Shown here: piece by piece, positions 38,780-51,462 of the stretch
Layout of the letters: each line of letters opens with the position of its first letter
Numbering within the stretch: the first letter of the stretch is position 1
Origin: Octopus sinensis
Taxonomy: Eukaryota
DNA length: 64,000 nt
Reading direction: 5' to 3'
Assembly (NCBI RefSeq): GCF_006345805.1
Contig: NC_042998.1
Span: forward strand, 187,736,001 to 187,800,000
The notes under the pieces: model-generated
What the model saw: only the letters and a program-made list of their open reading frames with translations
What the model was told of the DNA's origin: nothing
Database searches by the model: none
Translations under genes and position numbers: made by a program

Positions 38780-39660
38780 TAGCGAACAATTTCGGTGTGC
38801 TTCTAAGAATGCCTCGGAAATTTCGGACTTGCATTCGTTGATGATGCAACAGGCATCACAAATACAGCCCCTGACAGCGCAAATACAGGCCCTATCGTTT
38901 GGTATCCCCCGTCAAAGTAGTAGCTGGCCACATCAATTTGGTAGACAATCACGAAGCTCAAGTGCGTCCTGTTATTCACGAGAAACATGTTGGTACCACC
39001 GTGCGTGTGGAACACAGGCGACATCCTGTTTGGGAAACGAAAGGACCAGGGATTGAACGTGACGGAAGTTCCTCGCTCTCACCCACAAAGTCGCCTGTTT
39101 TTCATCTGTGATCGTGTAGCAGGCACGTGTTTCCTTATTGACACCGCCCCGAAAGGCAGCACAATCCCTGTTTCCTGCACTCCAGGCAACAAAAAAGAAA
39201 CACCAGTCTGTCTTCAGGCAGTCAATCACTCACAGATTCCTTCTTATAGTGAACAGTCCCTAACAGTGGACTCAGGGCTACGCTTCACCTTCTAGTGGGT
39301 ATTCGTCATAGCTAAGCTGCCGACCCCTATTTTAGGAGCCGATTTTCTACATCATTTCGGTCTCCTAGTGCAGTGGTTTTCAACCAGGGTTCCGCCAGTA
39401 CAGTCCAGGGGTTCCGCAAGAAGTTACAAAACTGCTAAAGTCGGCAGTAAATTTTAAGTCTCCTGTGCAGATATGTGTGCATAAGACTATTAAATTATTG
39501 CACAGGGGTTCCTCGAGCCAGTGGAATGTTTCCTTGGGGCTCTGCTCCAGCAAGAAGTTTGAAAAGCACTGTCCTAGTGGATATCAAGCATGGATGACTT
39601 GTTGACAACACCACACAGTTCACTGTGCGCGGTATAGCCATTCGGATGGCCGTAGTCAGC
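38780..39660 (+). mobile_element. Ty3/Gypsy LTR retrotransposon gag-protease remnant
   Basis: Gag knuckle CWYH..CG..A..C, protease-like FLIDT, and WVFVIAKLPTPILGADFLHHFGLLV|DI; degenerate and interrupted by a hAT MITE. Confidence 0.8.
39371..39571. mobile_element. hAT MITE
   Basis: CAGTGGTTTTCAA...TTGAAAAGCACTG; exact 8-bp TSD tcctagtg. Confidence 0.88.
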
Positions 39661-40131
39661 CCAATCATTTTACAGTCAACGGAAGTTAATTAGTCCGATA
39701 ATGATTTCCAAAGTTAACTTAAAAGTTAAATCGTTAATGAAAATATCAACTTCGTTAATTAACGATTAACGGTTTGGTTAACAACACACATATTTAATAT
39801 TCATACGTATATAATTTTGGATGGCCGTTGACTCTTCTTGAGTTCATCTGCTTTTTGACTGGTTTTGTTTTTCATTCTGCAAAGGTGTTCAAAACCACTT
39901 ACACAATGCAAGCTTGGTGCAATTGCCCATTAAATCGCGGATGACCCGACCATGCAACTAGCTTACATGTTAGGAGTAGTGCTCCCAAACAACCAGGCGT
40001 AATACGCATGCATTTACACATTCTGCTCTAATGGATAAATCCGACCACCAAAAGGCTCAGTGTAACAATTCGTTCAGTTTGCTTGAAAGTTCACTTGCTT
40101 TATATTCTCTTTGGTATCTCAGAAACTTTTG

Positions 40132-40534
40132 GGATCTTTTCGGTTTGAACGGCAGTTTTTAAAAATAATTTCCACGTAACTAGACACTTTTAAACTTCGT
40201 ATACTGGTAGAATGTGTTTATAAAACTTATTTTTCTCCTGGCTTTATTGAGAAAATTCTATAGCTTGTAAGATATTTGTTGTTTTTTTCTTCAATTTCTG
40301 CAATTTCAATCAATCATTGACGTCTATTGAGGTGAAAACATTCTATGCCGTATGAATATGTCCCTCGTTTAAGAAACAGATTGGGTTTATTTACATTTCT
40401 GAAGAAAAAAAGATACCCTAACCCTAGCCCTAAAACCGATTGAAATGCAATAGATCGATACTAGGGTTATAATTATGGGTGACAATTTCATATGACACCA
40501 CTAGAAAAAACTGCCGTTCAAACCGAAAAGATCC
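40132..40534 (+). mobile_element. GG-terminal MITE, copy 1
   Basis: TIR GGATCTTTTCGGTTTGAACGGCAGTTTTT / AAAAACTGCCGTTCAAACCGAAAAGATCC; 8-bp TSD aacttttg. Confidence 0.9.
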
Positions 40535-42289
40535 AACTTTTGAAATTAAGAAGATCAAATGTTTTGATAAATGATCTACAATGCAAATTAAAAAAAAAAA
40601 GATTTTAGTCTCTGTTTTTAATCTTAACTCTCATCTATATTTAGATATGAAGAAGGGAAGGGGTGCACATCGAACGTGATTTAATAAATTTATTTTATTG
40701 TGATAATATTATTTTTGAATTTACTATTTTCCTTGGATCGGAAACTAACGGAAATGATTTTACTAAGAAAAATGAGTGTAGGAGAACCGACCATCACACA
40801 CAGGACAGCTCTCCTTGACACGAATATCACATACACACATAAATAGGATATGGATTATTTCTATATACCAAGAAATTATCCATTGAACGTCATTCTAGCT
40901 TCCACCATCCTGTCTTTTTTCTGGTATTCAGTATTAGATTATTCTGGAGGAAGATTTGGCTGCACTTTCTTGCAGGAAAAGTGACTGTATTGAAGATTTT
41001 TCACTAATACACACACACACACCGCCTACCCAACAAAACTAAAATACCTTCTGGACGTGGGTGGGGCACAGCTCGTAGCTGTACCAAACTTCAACCCTGC
41101 GCAGTCCTTTTCACTGTATGAAAATCCATGAGCAAATAGCTAGACAAATATAAATGCCCTAGACACATATATATATATATTTCTTTACTACCCACAAGGG
41201 GCTAAACATAGAGGGAACAAACAAGGATAGACAAAGGTATTAAGTCGATTACATCGACCCCAGTGCGAAACTGGTACTTTATTTATCGACCCCGAAAGGA
41301 TGAAAGGCAAAGTCGACCTCGGCGGAATTTGAACTCAGAACGTAACGACAGACGAAATACCTACGTCTTTATTACCCACAAGGGGCTAAACACAGAGGGG
41401 ACAAACAAGGACAGACATAGGTATTAAGTCGATTACATCGACCCCCAGTGCGTAACTGGTACTTTATTTATCGACCCCGAAAGGATGAAAGGCAAAGTCG
41501 ACCTCGGCGGAATTTGAACTCAGAACGTAACGACAGACGAAATACCGCTAAGCATTTCACCCGGCGTGCTAACGATACTGCCAGCTCGCCGCCTTCTAGA
41601 CACATATATAACGCCCTACTATAACTTAGCCTACTCAAGCCAGCGAGCATAAGGAACACACATATGTAGAAATAATTGTAAACATCAATGGCCTTATTGA
41701 TGGGATGCACACCGCAAACAGTAAATGCAGAGAAATAGTAAATTGTCACTCAATAATAGAGCCCACCTTGTCTTTCTTCGCTTTGACCACCACTAGAAGC
41801 TAAGGTACAGACCGGACCCTTATGGCAAAAAGGCCATGGGGCTAAATACTACGTTTAAAATGTAAAATAGCAGAAAACCTAACCACGAATAAAAATCAAA
41901 AATCAAATACATAATAAATCAAATTTTCGAAAAGAAAAATCATAAAAGTTTTAAATTTTTAATGATTCAATTTTAGTAGTTTAGCTGTAAGAACACTCAT
42001 AAAATGAAGTCTATCAAATCTCTACCTAGGTAACGTAATCAGCTCTGAAATTGGGTGTTATATATAACTGTAAATGAAGACATTAATATTGTACTATAGC
42101 AATACATTAACGGTTGTATTAAATATTTATAACTCACTATTTTATTGGAGAATAAAATTATTTATAGTATCATAAAAAATAAGCGCAAAATTGTACATCA
42201 TACTGTTTCTGCATATAAAAAAAATGAAAACTTCATTAAGTGTTATATTTAATTAAAATTTTATTCTACTTCTGCTTGATATTGTAGCA

Positions 42290-42630
42290 AGCCACTTCAT
42301 TCAGAAGTTAATCTAGTCTTCCTTTTATTAATACACTCCTGATACACATTCTTGAAACTCTGCCGATGCTGCTTCGTTCTGCATGTTTGAAACATTTTCT
42401 TCGAGGCTCACCACCAGAATCCAGAATCAGAGCTGTAGATACAAGAGCCTGATCCTTTCTAATACTTTCAATGACCTTCCATGAGAGGACTCACAGGTCA
42501 CAGATCTGTAGAAATAGCATTAATCATAGCACATTCAAAATCAATCACAACTGCGGTTGAGTCTGGATCGAATCCCCGATGATCATATTGATCTGAGAAA
42601 ATTCCTTCTTAAATTAATTTGTGATTCAGC
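42290..42630 (-). mobile_element. Mutator (MULE) transposase remnant
   Basis: Minus-strand VVIDFECAMINAI and WKVIESIRKDQ resemble the MULE DFE.A..NA and W.FI..L..EQ motifs; internally deleted. Confidence 0.55.
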
Positions 42631-42729
42631 AGGCATTTTATACATATTACTAGCAATGCATCCCGGCGTTACCCGGGATTATTATGACCTACAGTTACAA
42701 TGTCACAGACAACAACAGGCACTCTAAAA

Positions 42730-42998
42730 CAGTGATTCCCAAAGTTGGCGGTATCCCCCCCATCCCGGGGGCGGTGGAATGTTCCAAGGGAGTGTTGAAG
42801 AAAAGTGGCGTGATAATGGGGTAGCGATTCATAACAAGATAATGGATTCATTTGGTTAAGTTTTATTTGTGAAATACAGTTGCTTTGAATTTGCTACAGA
42901 AAGAGGTCTATGTTTGTGATGGTTACTTGGGGTGGGGCGCTAGGAATGTGGCGCGGGTGTCAAGGGGACGGCAGCCCGAAAAGGTTTGGGAATCACTG
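42730..42998. mobile_element. hAT MITE
   Basis: CAGTGATTCCCAAA...TTTGGGAATCACTG; exact 8-bp TSD ctctaaaa. Confidence 0.88.
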
Positions 42999-44039
42999 CT
43001 CTAAAATATCAGGATTTATGACAATAAATCTGAGTCGACAAAGAGATTTATAGTGTCTGCAATCAAGCAGCCTTTACTTTCCCCATAATTTGCAGATGGG
43101 ACTTGTGAAACAACTCCAAGACTGATCTGATTCCCCCTTGTGTTAGCTGTTATCTATCTATATATTAAAAAAAAATGTGTGTGTGTGTGCGTGCGTATGT
43201 TCCTTACGCATTCGAAAACTGAGTTGCCGATTTTGACGTAAGGGGTATCAAAAGATTCAGTAATCTTTCGGCTACCAAATAAACTTTACTTTTATTTACG
43301 TATTTTCTACGTTATCTCAACAACCAGCTATAGTCATTTGAAATATACTGCTCTATAATGACCAGGTTTCATTAGAAAATTACAATAGTTTTACACTTTC
43401 AATTTTAATCAAAATTACAAAGTGTTGCATTACGAGAGTGATGATGTATGAATAATGAAAGTAATGTTTCTCCGAGTTAGTTACTTCTGTACCGCCCACT
43501 TTGGGAACCACTGTTTTAGAGTGCCTGTTGTTATCTGTGACAGGTATGTTGGGTTCTTTTTTAATGCTCCTTTCTTTTGATATCAACCGTTATATTTCAA
43601 GTCAACTTTACCAATGACGCAAAGAATTACTAATATATAGTGTCTGCAACAAAATATGCCTGTCTGATCTTGTTGGTCAAAGCAGCTTTCTCTTTGGATT
43701 CTTTAATTTGGCTGCTTTAATATTGTTAGGATCTGGGTTATGGTTATAATTTAGTCACGAAAAGTAGTTTTGTAACAGGATCTGGAATCGGTATCACTGA
43801 AGGGGTGTCCGATCCGATCTCGTCACATTCAATTTAGTTAAATATAATAGACGAAGTCAGGTTATCTGGGAAAGACAGCAAATGTTGTTTATTACTCGTG
43901 ATGGTGTACGTATTTCTGAGGGGAAACGACAGCCGAATCTTTGTACTGCTTCTTGTTGGTTGATTGAAGTGATTCGATGTGGTCCGTTGCTAAGCCGGTG
44001 TAGAGTTCTCAGAGACTACCAAATGCACGTCTGTTCACG

Positions 44040-44160
44040 AGGGCTGAAAAGGCCAGAGAGAGTGAGTGAGTGGTCTGTGTTCTAGGGGTCAGTTTCCCGC
44101 ACATGCACAAGACTTCCGGTGGCCACCCGGAAGTAGTCCCATTCTGCGCATGCGCGCTGA
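44040..44160. promoter_or_regulatory. Housekeeping/bidirectional-type core promoter motif cluster
   Basis: Inverted ETS sites ACTTCCGG (44112-44119) and CCGGAAGT (44127-44134), an adjacent GTAGTCCC, an NRF1 site TGCGCATGCGC (44145-44155), and a TCT-like CCTTTTC on the minus strand (44046-44052). Confidence 0.6.
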
Positions 44161-44501
44161 ACCTTACACAGTAGCATCACTACAGTTTCTTCCTCTCAAA
44201 ATTTCTAAGAGTACAATTTTGCAAGAAAGTGCATTTCTTTGATGACATTTTCAACGTATTTGTGTATCTTAGTATATTCGGGGTGCGTTGCGAATACAAA
44301 TTAGCGGGCTTTGAAATGGAAAACGACTTAACATAGTATTATGCAGAATGTCCTAAATTTTAACTTTATCATTTCTCTTTCCAACGTACCAATAGCATCA
44401 ACATGGCAGATTCCAGTCTAACATAGAAAAATAAAAGACACACTATGCTCATGACTGTAGCCGCCAACAAGTGATTTGGAGATGTCCAGTTTCTAAAACG
44501 T

Positions 44502-44912
44502 GGATCTTTTCGGTTTGACCGGCAGTTTTTTAAAATAATTTCCACCTAACTAAACACTTTTAAACTTCGTATAATGGTAGAATGTGTTTATAAAACATCT
44601 TTTTCTCCTGGCTTTATTGAGAAAATTCTACAGTTTGTAAGATATTTGTTGTTTTTTTCTTCAATTTCTGCAATTTCAACCAATCAATGACGTCTATTGA
44701 GGTGAAAACATTCTGTGCCGTATGACTATGTCCCTCGTTTAAGAAACAGATTGGGTTTATTTACTTTCCTGAAGAAAAAAAGATACCCCCCCCCCCACTC
44801 CTAACCATAAAACAGATTGAAATGCAATAGATCGATACTAGGGTCATAATTATGGGTGACAATTTCATATGACACCGCTAGAAAAAAACTGCCGTTCAAA
44901 CCAAAAAGATCC
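44502..44912 (+). mobile_element. GG-terminal MITE, copy 2
   Basis: Near-identical to 40132-40534; 8-bp TSD taaaacgt. Confidence 0.9.
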
Positions 44913-46068
44913 TAAAACGTAACTGGGTCCTTCGTGTTCAGAGTCAGAAAATATTTAAAGGCCTCTAGCAAAGATATATCGTTTGGAGCTAAAAGAATGG
45001 TCAGACATCGTTAGGACCGACCGAGTGCGTCCAGGGCATCTTCAGCATTAGAGGAACAACTGGGCCATCATAGCGACGGTATTCACTATTAAGGCGGCGA
45101 GCTGGCAGAAACGTTAGCACGCCGGGCGAAATGCTTAGCCGTATTTTGTCTGTCGTTACGTTGTGAGTTCAAATTCCGCCGAGGTCTACTTTGCCTTTCA
45201 TCCTTTTGGGGTCGATAAATTAAGTACCAGTTACGCACTGGGGTCGATGTAATCGAATTAATCCGTTTGTCTGTCCTTGTTTGTCCTCTCTTTGTTTAGC
45301 CCCTTGTGGATAATAAAGAAATAGGTATTCACTATAAGAAATTTGATACACGAAGACATTGTGTCTTCAGTGCTGAAGTGAAATCAATTCAATGTATAGA
45401 ATCCTGATTTGAAATGTCTGAACTGTCGCATGTAGGGCATCGTAGGGAGTGGGGAAGAGTGCCAGCAGCCCTCTGAAGAGAAAGCATCATTTCACACACA
45501 AGAAAAATTGAATAAAACATTGATGTTGCAAATAGCCGACCATCCAAAATGCAGAAAGGACACAGAAATGGAATATCATTCACAAATGTGCTGGATGCAG
45601 CACAAATATTGTTTGTAAGATATGTTCGAAATATAAATTTTGTACATGTGGGCGAAAAAAAAGACATTGTTTACCATATATCACTTTGAAGCTGGGTCAA
45701 AGAAATGTTGCGACGACAGATTGACATGAAATTACGTTTGCTTCGTACTGTGACAGATATTTGGTTAAGTAACAGTTACTGGATACACTAACAGGTACCA
45801 TTTGTGAGCATAAAAATTTTAGGGAAGCTTCAATTTACGTGTACCTTTCGATATAATATTTTCATTACAATAAAACTGGAAGACAAAGAATTATGTGATA
45901 AGTATTGTAACAAGGAGTAGAGTTACCAATTTAGTATGTAGTTAAAGATACAACTGTTGTACACAAATGATTAACGTAATCCACAAATTTATTTAAGGAA
46001 CGGATAACAGCTCTGAAACGAAACAAAGATTATTACAATTTCCACATTAGTGTGCGAATAGAGATGGT

Positions 46069-46444
46069 GGATCTTTGAAATTGTCACCCATAATTATGAC
46101 CCTAGTATCGATCTATTGCATTTCAACCTGTTTTAGGGTTAGGGTTAGGGGTGGGGGGAAGGGTATCTTTTTCTCTTCAGAAATGTAAATAAACCCAACC
46201 TGTTTCTTAAACGAGGGACATATTCATACGGCACAGAATGTTTTCACCTCAATAGACGTCATTGATTGGTTAAAATTGCAGAAATTGAAAAAAACAACAA
46301 ATATCTGACAAACTATAGAATTTTCACAATAAAGCCAAGAGAAAAAGATGTTTTATAAACACATTCTACCAGTATACGAAGTTTAAAAGTGTTTAGTTGC
46401 GTGGAAATTATTTTAAAAAACTGCCGGTCAAACCAAAAAGATCC
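46069..46444 (-). mobile_element. GG-terminal MITE, copy 3 (one TIR partly deleted)
   Basis: Reverse-complement copy; 8-bp TSD gagatggt; internal (TTAGGG)3. Confidence 0.88.
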
Positions 46445-46973
46445 GAGATGGTAATCTGATGGAATGAGGCTGGCAAAAAAGGGTTAACACACTAATAATC
46501 AGTAAAAATCCATGCTTTATGTAAATGGTGATTAGTGTGTGTGGCACGGCTAATAGCGAGAGATAAGGCAATGAATTGCTCTGTGTATACAAGAGAAATA
46601 CCAGCATGTCGCAACACGTGACTAACGATCACCAGGGCGCCTTGATAAAAACATGTTATCTTGTCGGCGCCAAAGCAGCATCTAACTTCGCTCTCTTAAA
46701 TTTCGCGTAAATCACGGCTGGGTGGAAGTTGCTATGTGTATCCCTCCGCCGCCAGTTCCGACTAGGAGGAGTAACGTGGCCCAGCGTGTTACTACGCTAG
46801 GACGAAATAGTTTGACTGCCATCCTACAGTATTATCCCCCACCCCCGGAACATACTTGTGTGTGCAAAGGAGGCAACGTATACAGTATAGTACTGAACGA
46901 TATAAACATTTACAGTACTGGACGTGTAAATAATGTACTATGGTGTGAATATAAGTCAATGAATAAAGTCTAG

Positions 46974-47608
46974 GGATCTTTACCTTTTGACCTACAGATT
47001 TAAAAAATAATTTTTTGTAACTAAACACTTTCAAACTTCGGACACTGGTAGAATGTGTCATATAAAATATGTTTTACTCTTAGCATTTTTGAGAAAAACT
47101 TATATTTACGAAGTTATTTCACGTTAAAGTTCTCGTATTTCGGTAATTTCAATCAATCAATGACGTGTATTCAGCTGAATAAAATTACTGCTGTTGTTTG
47201 TCAACAAGAACTTCCGGCAGTGTATATTTCGTTTGTCACTGTTATTTATAACAACCCTAACCCTAAAACCTTAACCCTAACCATAACACCCTAACCTAAA
47301 ATCTTAAAACCACTACAAATGCACGAACGATGTCATAAATAACAGTGACAAACGAAAAATACACCACCGATAGTTGTTGTTGATAAACAACGGCAGTAAT
47401 TTTATTCAACTGAATACACGTCATTGATTGGTTGAAATTACCGAAATACGAGAACTTTAACGTGAAATAACTTCGTAAATATAAGTTTTTCTCAAAAATG
47501 CTAAGAGTAAAAGATGTTTTATATGACAAATTCTACCAGTGTCCGAAGTCTGAAAGTGTTTAGTTACAAAAAAATATTTTAAAAATCTGTATGTCAAAGT
47601 AAAGATCT
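46974..47608. mobile_element. Foldback element related to the GG-terminal MITEs
   Basis: ~275-bp inverted arms starting GGATCTTTTAC, homologous to the MITE left arm; central degenerate (TAACCC)n; flanked by an 81-bp direct repeat. Confidence 0.85.
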
Positions 47609-48496
47609 CTGAACGCTATAAACATTTACAGTACTGGACATGTAAATAATGTACAATGGTGTGAATGTAAGTCAATGAATAAAGTCTAGTCCTTTTAAAT
47701 GTGCAATGTCTACATATATTCTATAAGAAGTGAAGTGAGTAAACTGACCTACGCCTATTAACATACGTATATATTCATTTAGGATACACGCTTGTGTATG
47801 AAGTTCCTGTTTGTGTAGAAATTTTCAAGGAAAATAATCGCTTCTCTATAACACATAAAATAACTGTTGCGTTTATTATATAGCTATATCACAAAATCTG
47901 TAATTAATCTTGCACCAAACTAGTTTCAAAATCTGGAAAATAAAATATGTCCTGAATACGGTAATATACAAACTTACTCGAAAATTATTGAAACTATAAA
48001 CATTGCATTTGATCATGTAAACAAAAAGAAAGAAAGTAGCGTGTATTATAAATTAACTGAGCGTTTAAACTTTCATTCATTCATTAATTTGTTGTATCTT
48101 TGTGTATTTGTGTGTGGAGTGTTGCACGCGTGTGTGAATGAGTATGGGTACGTCAATGGGTGAAGATAAGCGTTTTTGCCGATGGCTACGACTTACTACC
48201 AACCTTTAATATCTTTGTTAACTTATTTTTATGGGGATTATACACCTATTCTTCTGAACATTGACAAACCAACTTTCGTTTAACCTCTGTCTATATTAAA
48301 CAATAGTTCACCATCCTACCTCATAATCCTCCTTCTCGCTTTGTTTTCTCTCATTTCTTTTCTTTGTGTCTCATTTTAACTCCCTCCTCACCTCAACATA
48401 TTTTAGACTCATATGTATAGTGACAAATATGCATTCACTAATAAATATATATTTCTTGCAAGGTGACTTGGTTCCTAGTGTAGCGGAGAATGTATC

Positions 48497-48689
48497 TATT
48501 TCTTTACTACCCACAAGGGGCTAAACACAGAGAGGACAAACAAGGACAGACAAACGGATACTTATTTAACCGACCCCGAAAGGATGAAAGGCAAAGTCGA
48601 CCGCGGCGGAATTTGAACTCAGAACGTAACGGCAGACGAAATACGGCTACGCAGTTCGCCCGGCGTGCTAACGTTTCTGCCAGCTCTCC
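48497..48689 (-). mobile_element. Family B SINE (internally deleted)
   Basis: 17-bp TSD gtagcggagaatgtatc. Confidence 0.85.
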
Positions 48690-49505
48690 GTAGCGGAGAA
48701 TGTATCGTTGCGCAAAATTTATAATGAACAGTACTAATAATTGTCAATTGGGAGAGAGAAAAACTGCTCTGAAATTATTGAAAGCTATGTGTGACAACAT
48801 GCGGTCGGTCTAAAAATACACGAAGTCATCTGCACAAATCTCCGTTGTGATCCGTGGTGTCAGCGACCGTTGATCATCTGCATGGCAAGAGTGGAGGCAC
48901 GTGAGTTAGTTATCCGCCTTTGGCACTCTGTGATTAATTGCGCATTAAAAACGGTTTTCAGAGGAGACAAAAGGTATTATTCTAGAATAATCGAGAAAAC
49001 CATATCACACCACAGCCTTACGCCGATTGTCGATTTATAGACCGATCACATGAAACTATGGTGTTTCACTCTGACCTGACCTAGTATCTAGCGGTTAGGT
49101 TTCGAATCACCGCTACATATTCATCAGACCTTGCATTCACAGATGGATAGAGAGATGGAATGATGCTGGCAGAAAAGGATTAACACACTAATAGTCAGTA
49201 AAAATCCATGTGTAGATGGTGATTAGTGTGTGTGTGTGGCACGGCTAATAACGAGAGATAAGGCAATGAGTTGCTCTGTGTATACAAGAGAAATACCAGC
49301 ATGTCGCTACATGTGACTAACGATCACTGGAACAGCTTGGTAAACCAGAAAGGAGAAAGGTAATTCGAAGGCTACAGATCCAATCCATCACGGGAACTGT
49401 AAAAATCTGTAAAACTTTCCAGAAGTTTATCATTCAAATACATATGAACATGTCTAGATATGTAATTCTATGCATGAGAATACATGCATAAAGCATACAA
49501 ATCTG

Positions 49506-49549
49506 CACATACATACATACATACATACATACATACATACATACATACA

Positions 49550-49583
<34 letters not shown>

Positions 49584-49601
49584 CATACATACATACATAT
49601 A

Positions 49602-49635
<34 letters not shown>

Positions 49636-49705
49636 CATGCATACATACATCCATACATACATACATACATATATACATACATACATACATCCATCCATAC
49701 ATACA

Positions 49706-49771
<66 letters not shown>

Positions 49772-49781
49772 CATACATACA

Positions 49782-49815
<34 letters not shown>

Positions 49816-49892
49816 CATGCATACATACATACATACATATATACATGCATACATACATACATACATACATGCATACATACATACATACATAT

Positions 49893-49923
<31 letters not shown>

Positions 49924-50001
49924 CATGCATACATACATCCATACATACTTACATACATATACTACATACATACATACATCCATACATAATACATACATAC
50001 A

Positions 50002-50033
<32 letters not shown>

Positions 50034-50116
50034 ATACATACATACATACATACATACATACATACAACATAATACATGCATACATACATACATACATATA
50101 TACATGCATACATACA

Positions 50117-50182
<66 letters not shown>

Positions 50183-50224
50183 CATGCATACATACATGCA
50201 TACATACATACATACATACATATA

Positions 50225-50258
<34 letters not shown>

Positions 50259-50327
50259 CATGCATACATACATACATACATATATACATACATACATACA
50301 TACATACATACATACATACATACATAC
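49506..50327. repeat. (CATA)n microsatellite, ~820 bp
   Basis: Read directly; source of the HTYI/MYVC ORFs. Confidence 0.95.
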
Positions 50328-50933
50328 AAATACCCTGTTGTTGCTGTTGAAATTTCTATGAAGGAACCTTGGATCTAGGTTAGAAACCGGTTCTTTCTCT
50401 ATTGACAAGAAATCTTGAAATAAACTGAATAATGACATACATACAATATATCTATCCATCCATCCACCCACCCACCCACACATACACACTCACATACATA
50501 CATACATACATACAGACAGACAGACAGACAGACGAACAGACAGGTATAAGGTACATTCCAGAAGTTTTGAGACATTTCACGGGAGGCAGTTACAGCTATC
50601 CTAGATTATTTTAGTATATCATTACTATAAATTTGATAAGCTGACCAGCCAACTTTTGTTATTCCATATTGAAGGGGAAGGCGGTAAAATCTGATGAGTG
50701 GTCACATAGTAATATGTGCAGGAATAAACCTACCTGACTTTTAAATTGTTTCCAGTTTATATATGTTCTGATTCAACAACGTAACAATCACAAATCAACA
50801 TAGAACAAAAATTAAGAAATATTAGCTGCGCCTAAACGCTTGATTATTAATCACTGTGAATGCCATGCCTTGTTATAAAGAACACTATTATACAAAGACG
50901 AGCGTTATATAGGGCAAACTATTTCTTTAACTA

Positions 50934-51462
50934 CCGTAAATCTTCGAGTATAGTCCGCCCTTGAGTATAATACGCAGGGGATTTTTAGGGGGCTGTACTT
51001 CTGAAAAACCTAAACCTTGTGTATAATACGCACCCCTTCTCTATCTTGAGTCGTGCGTAATTAAGCCAGCAGCACCTTGTTGAACAAACACTTCCGCTTA
51101 TGCGTAATACAATAATGGAGATGTTCTTAACTGTTATATGGGAATGTAAATATGTTTGCAAATTGTTTTTTGTTTTTTTTACATGTTATTCTGTGTTCTG
51201 AATACTTTTATTTCAATAAATGTTGCTTACTGCAAGTTATGGATGATTATTTTATGACTTCATTGCTTTCAAGCTTAGCTTAAGGTATTTTCGCCCCCGA
51301 CATCACAAAATGCGTCTGAATAAACATTGTCGGACAGCAAATAGAGACTCGGACATTGATTAGAAAATATTTTTCATTTTTAACCTCGTATATAGTACGC
51401 ACTAGGGATTTTAACATTTAAATTTTTGGGAAAAAGTGCGGATTATACTCGAGGATTTACGT
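50934..51462. mobile_element. Tc2/pogo-group MITE
   Basis: TA|CCGTAAATCTTCGAGTATAGTCCGC ... GCGGATTATACTCGAGGATTTACGT|TA. Confidence 0.75.

Noticed and set aside
41048-41113. Minus-strand AG...GT-bounded 66-nt segment
   Set aside because: No recognisable peptide and no compatible partner exons.
45560-45660. Cys-rich peptide KCAGCSTNIVCKICSKYKFCTCG (piggyBac-like tail?)
   Set aside because: Too short and degenerate, with no TIRs or catalytic motifs nearby.
47254-47300. Telomere or chromosome-fusion site
   Set aside because: Only a few degenerate TAACCC units, and they lie inside a transposon.
49434-50489. HTYI/MYVC repeat ORFs
   Set aside because: Translations of the (CATA)n microsatellite.
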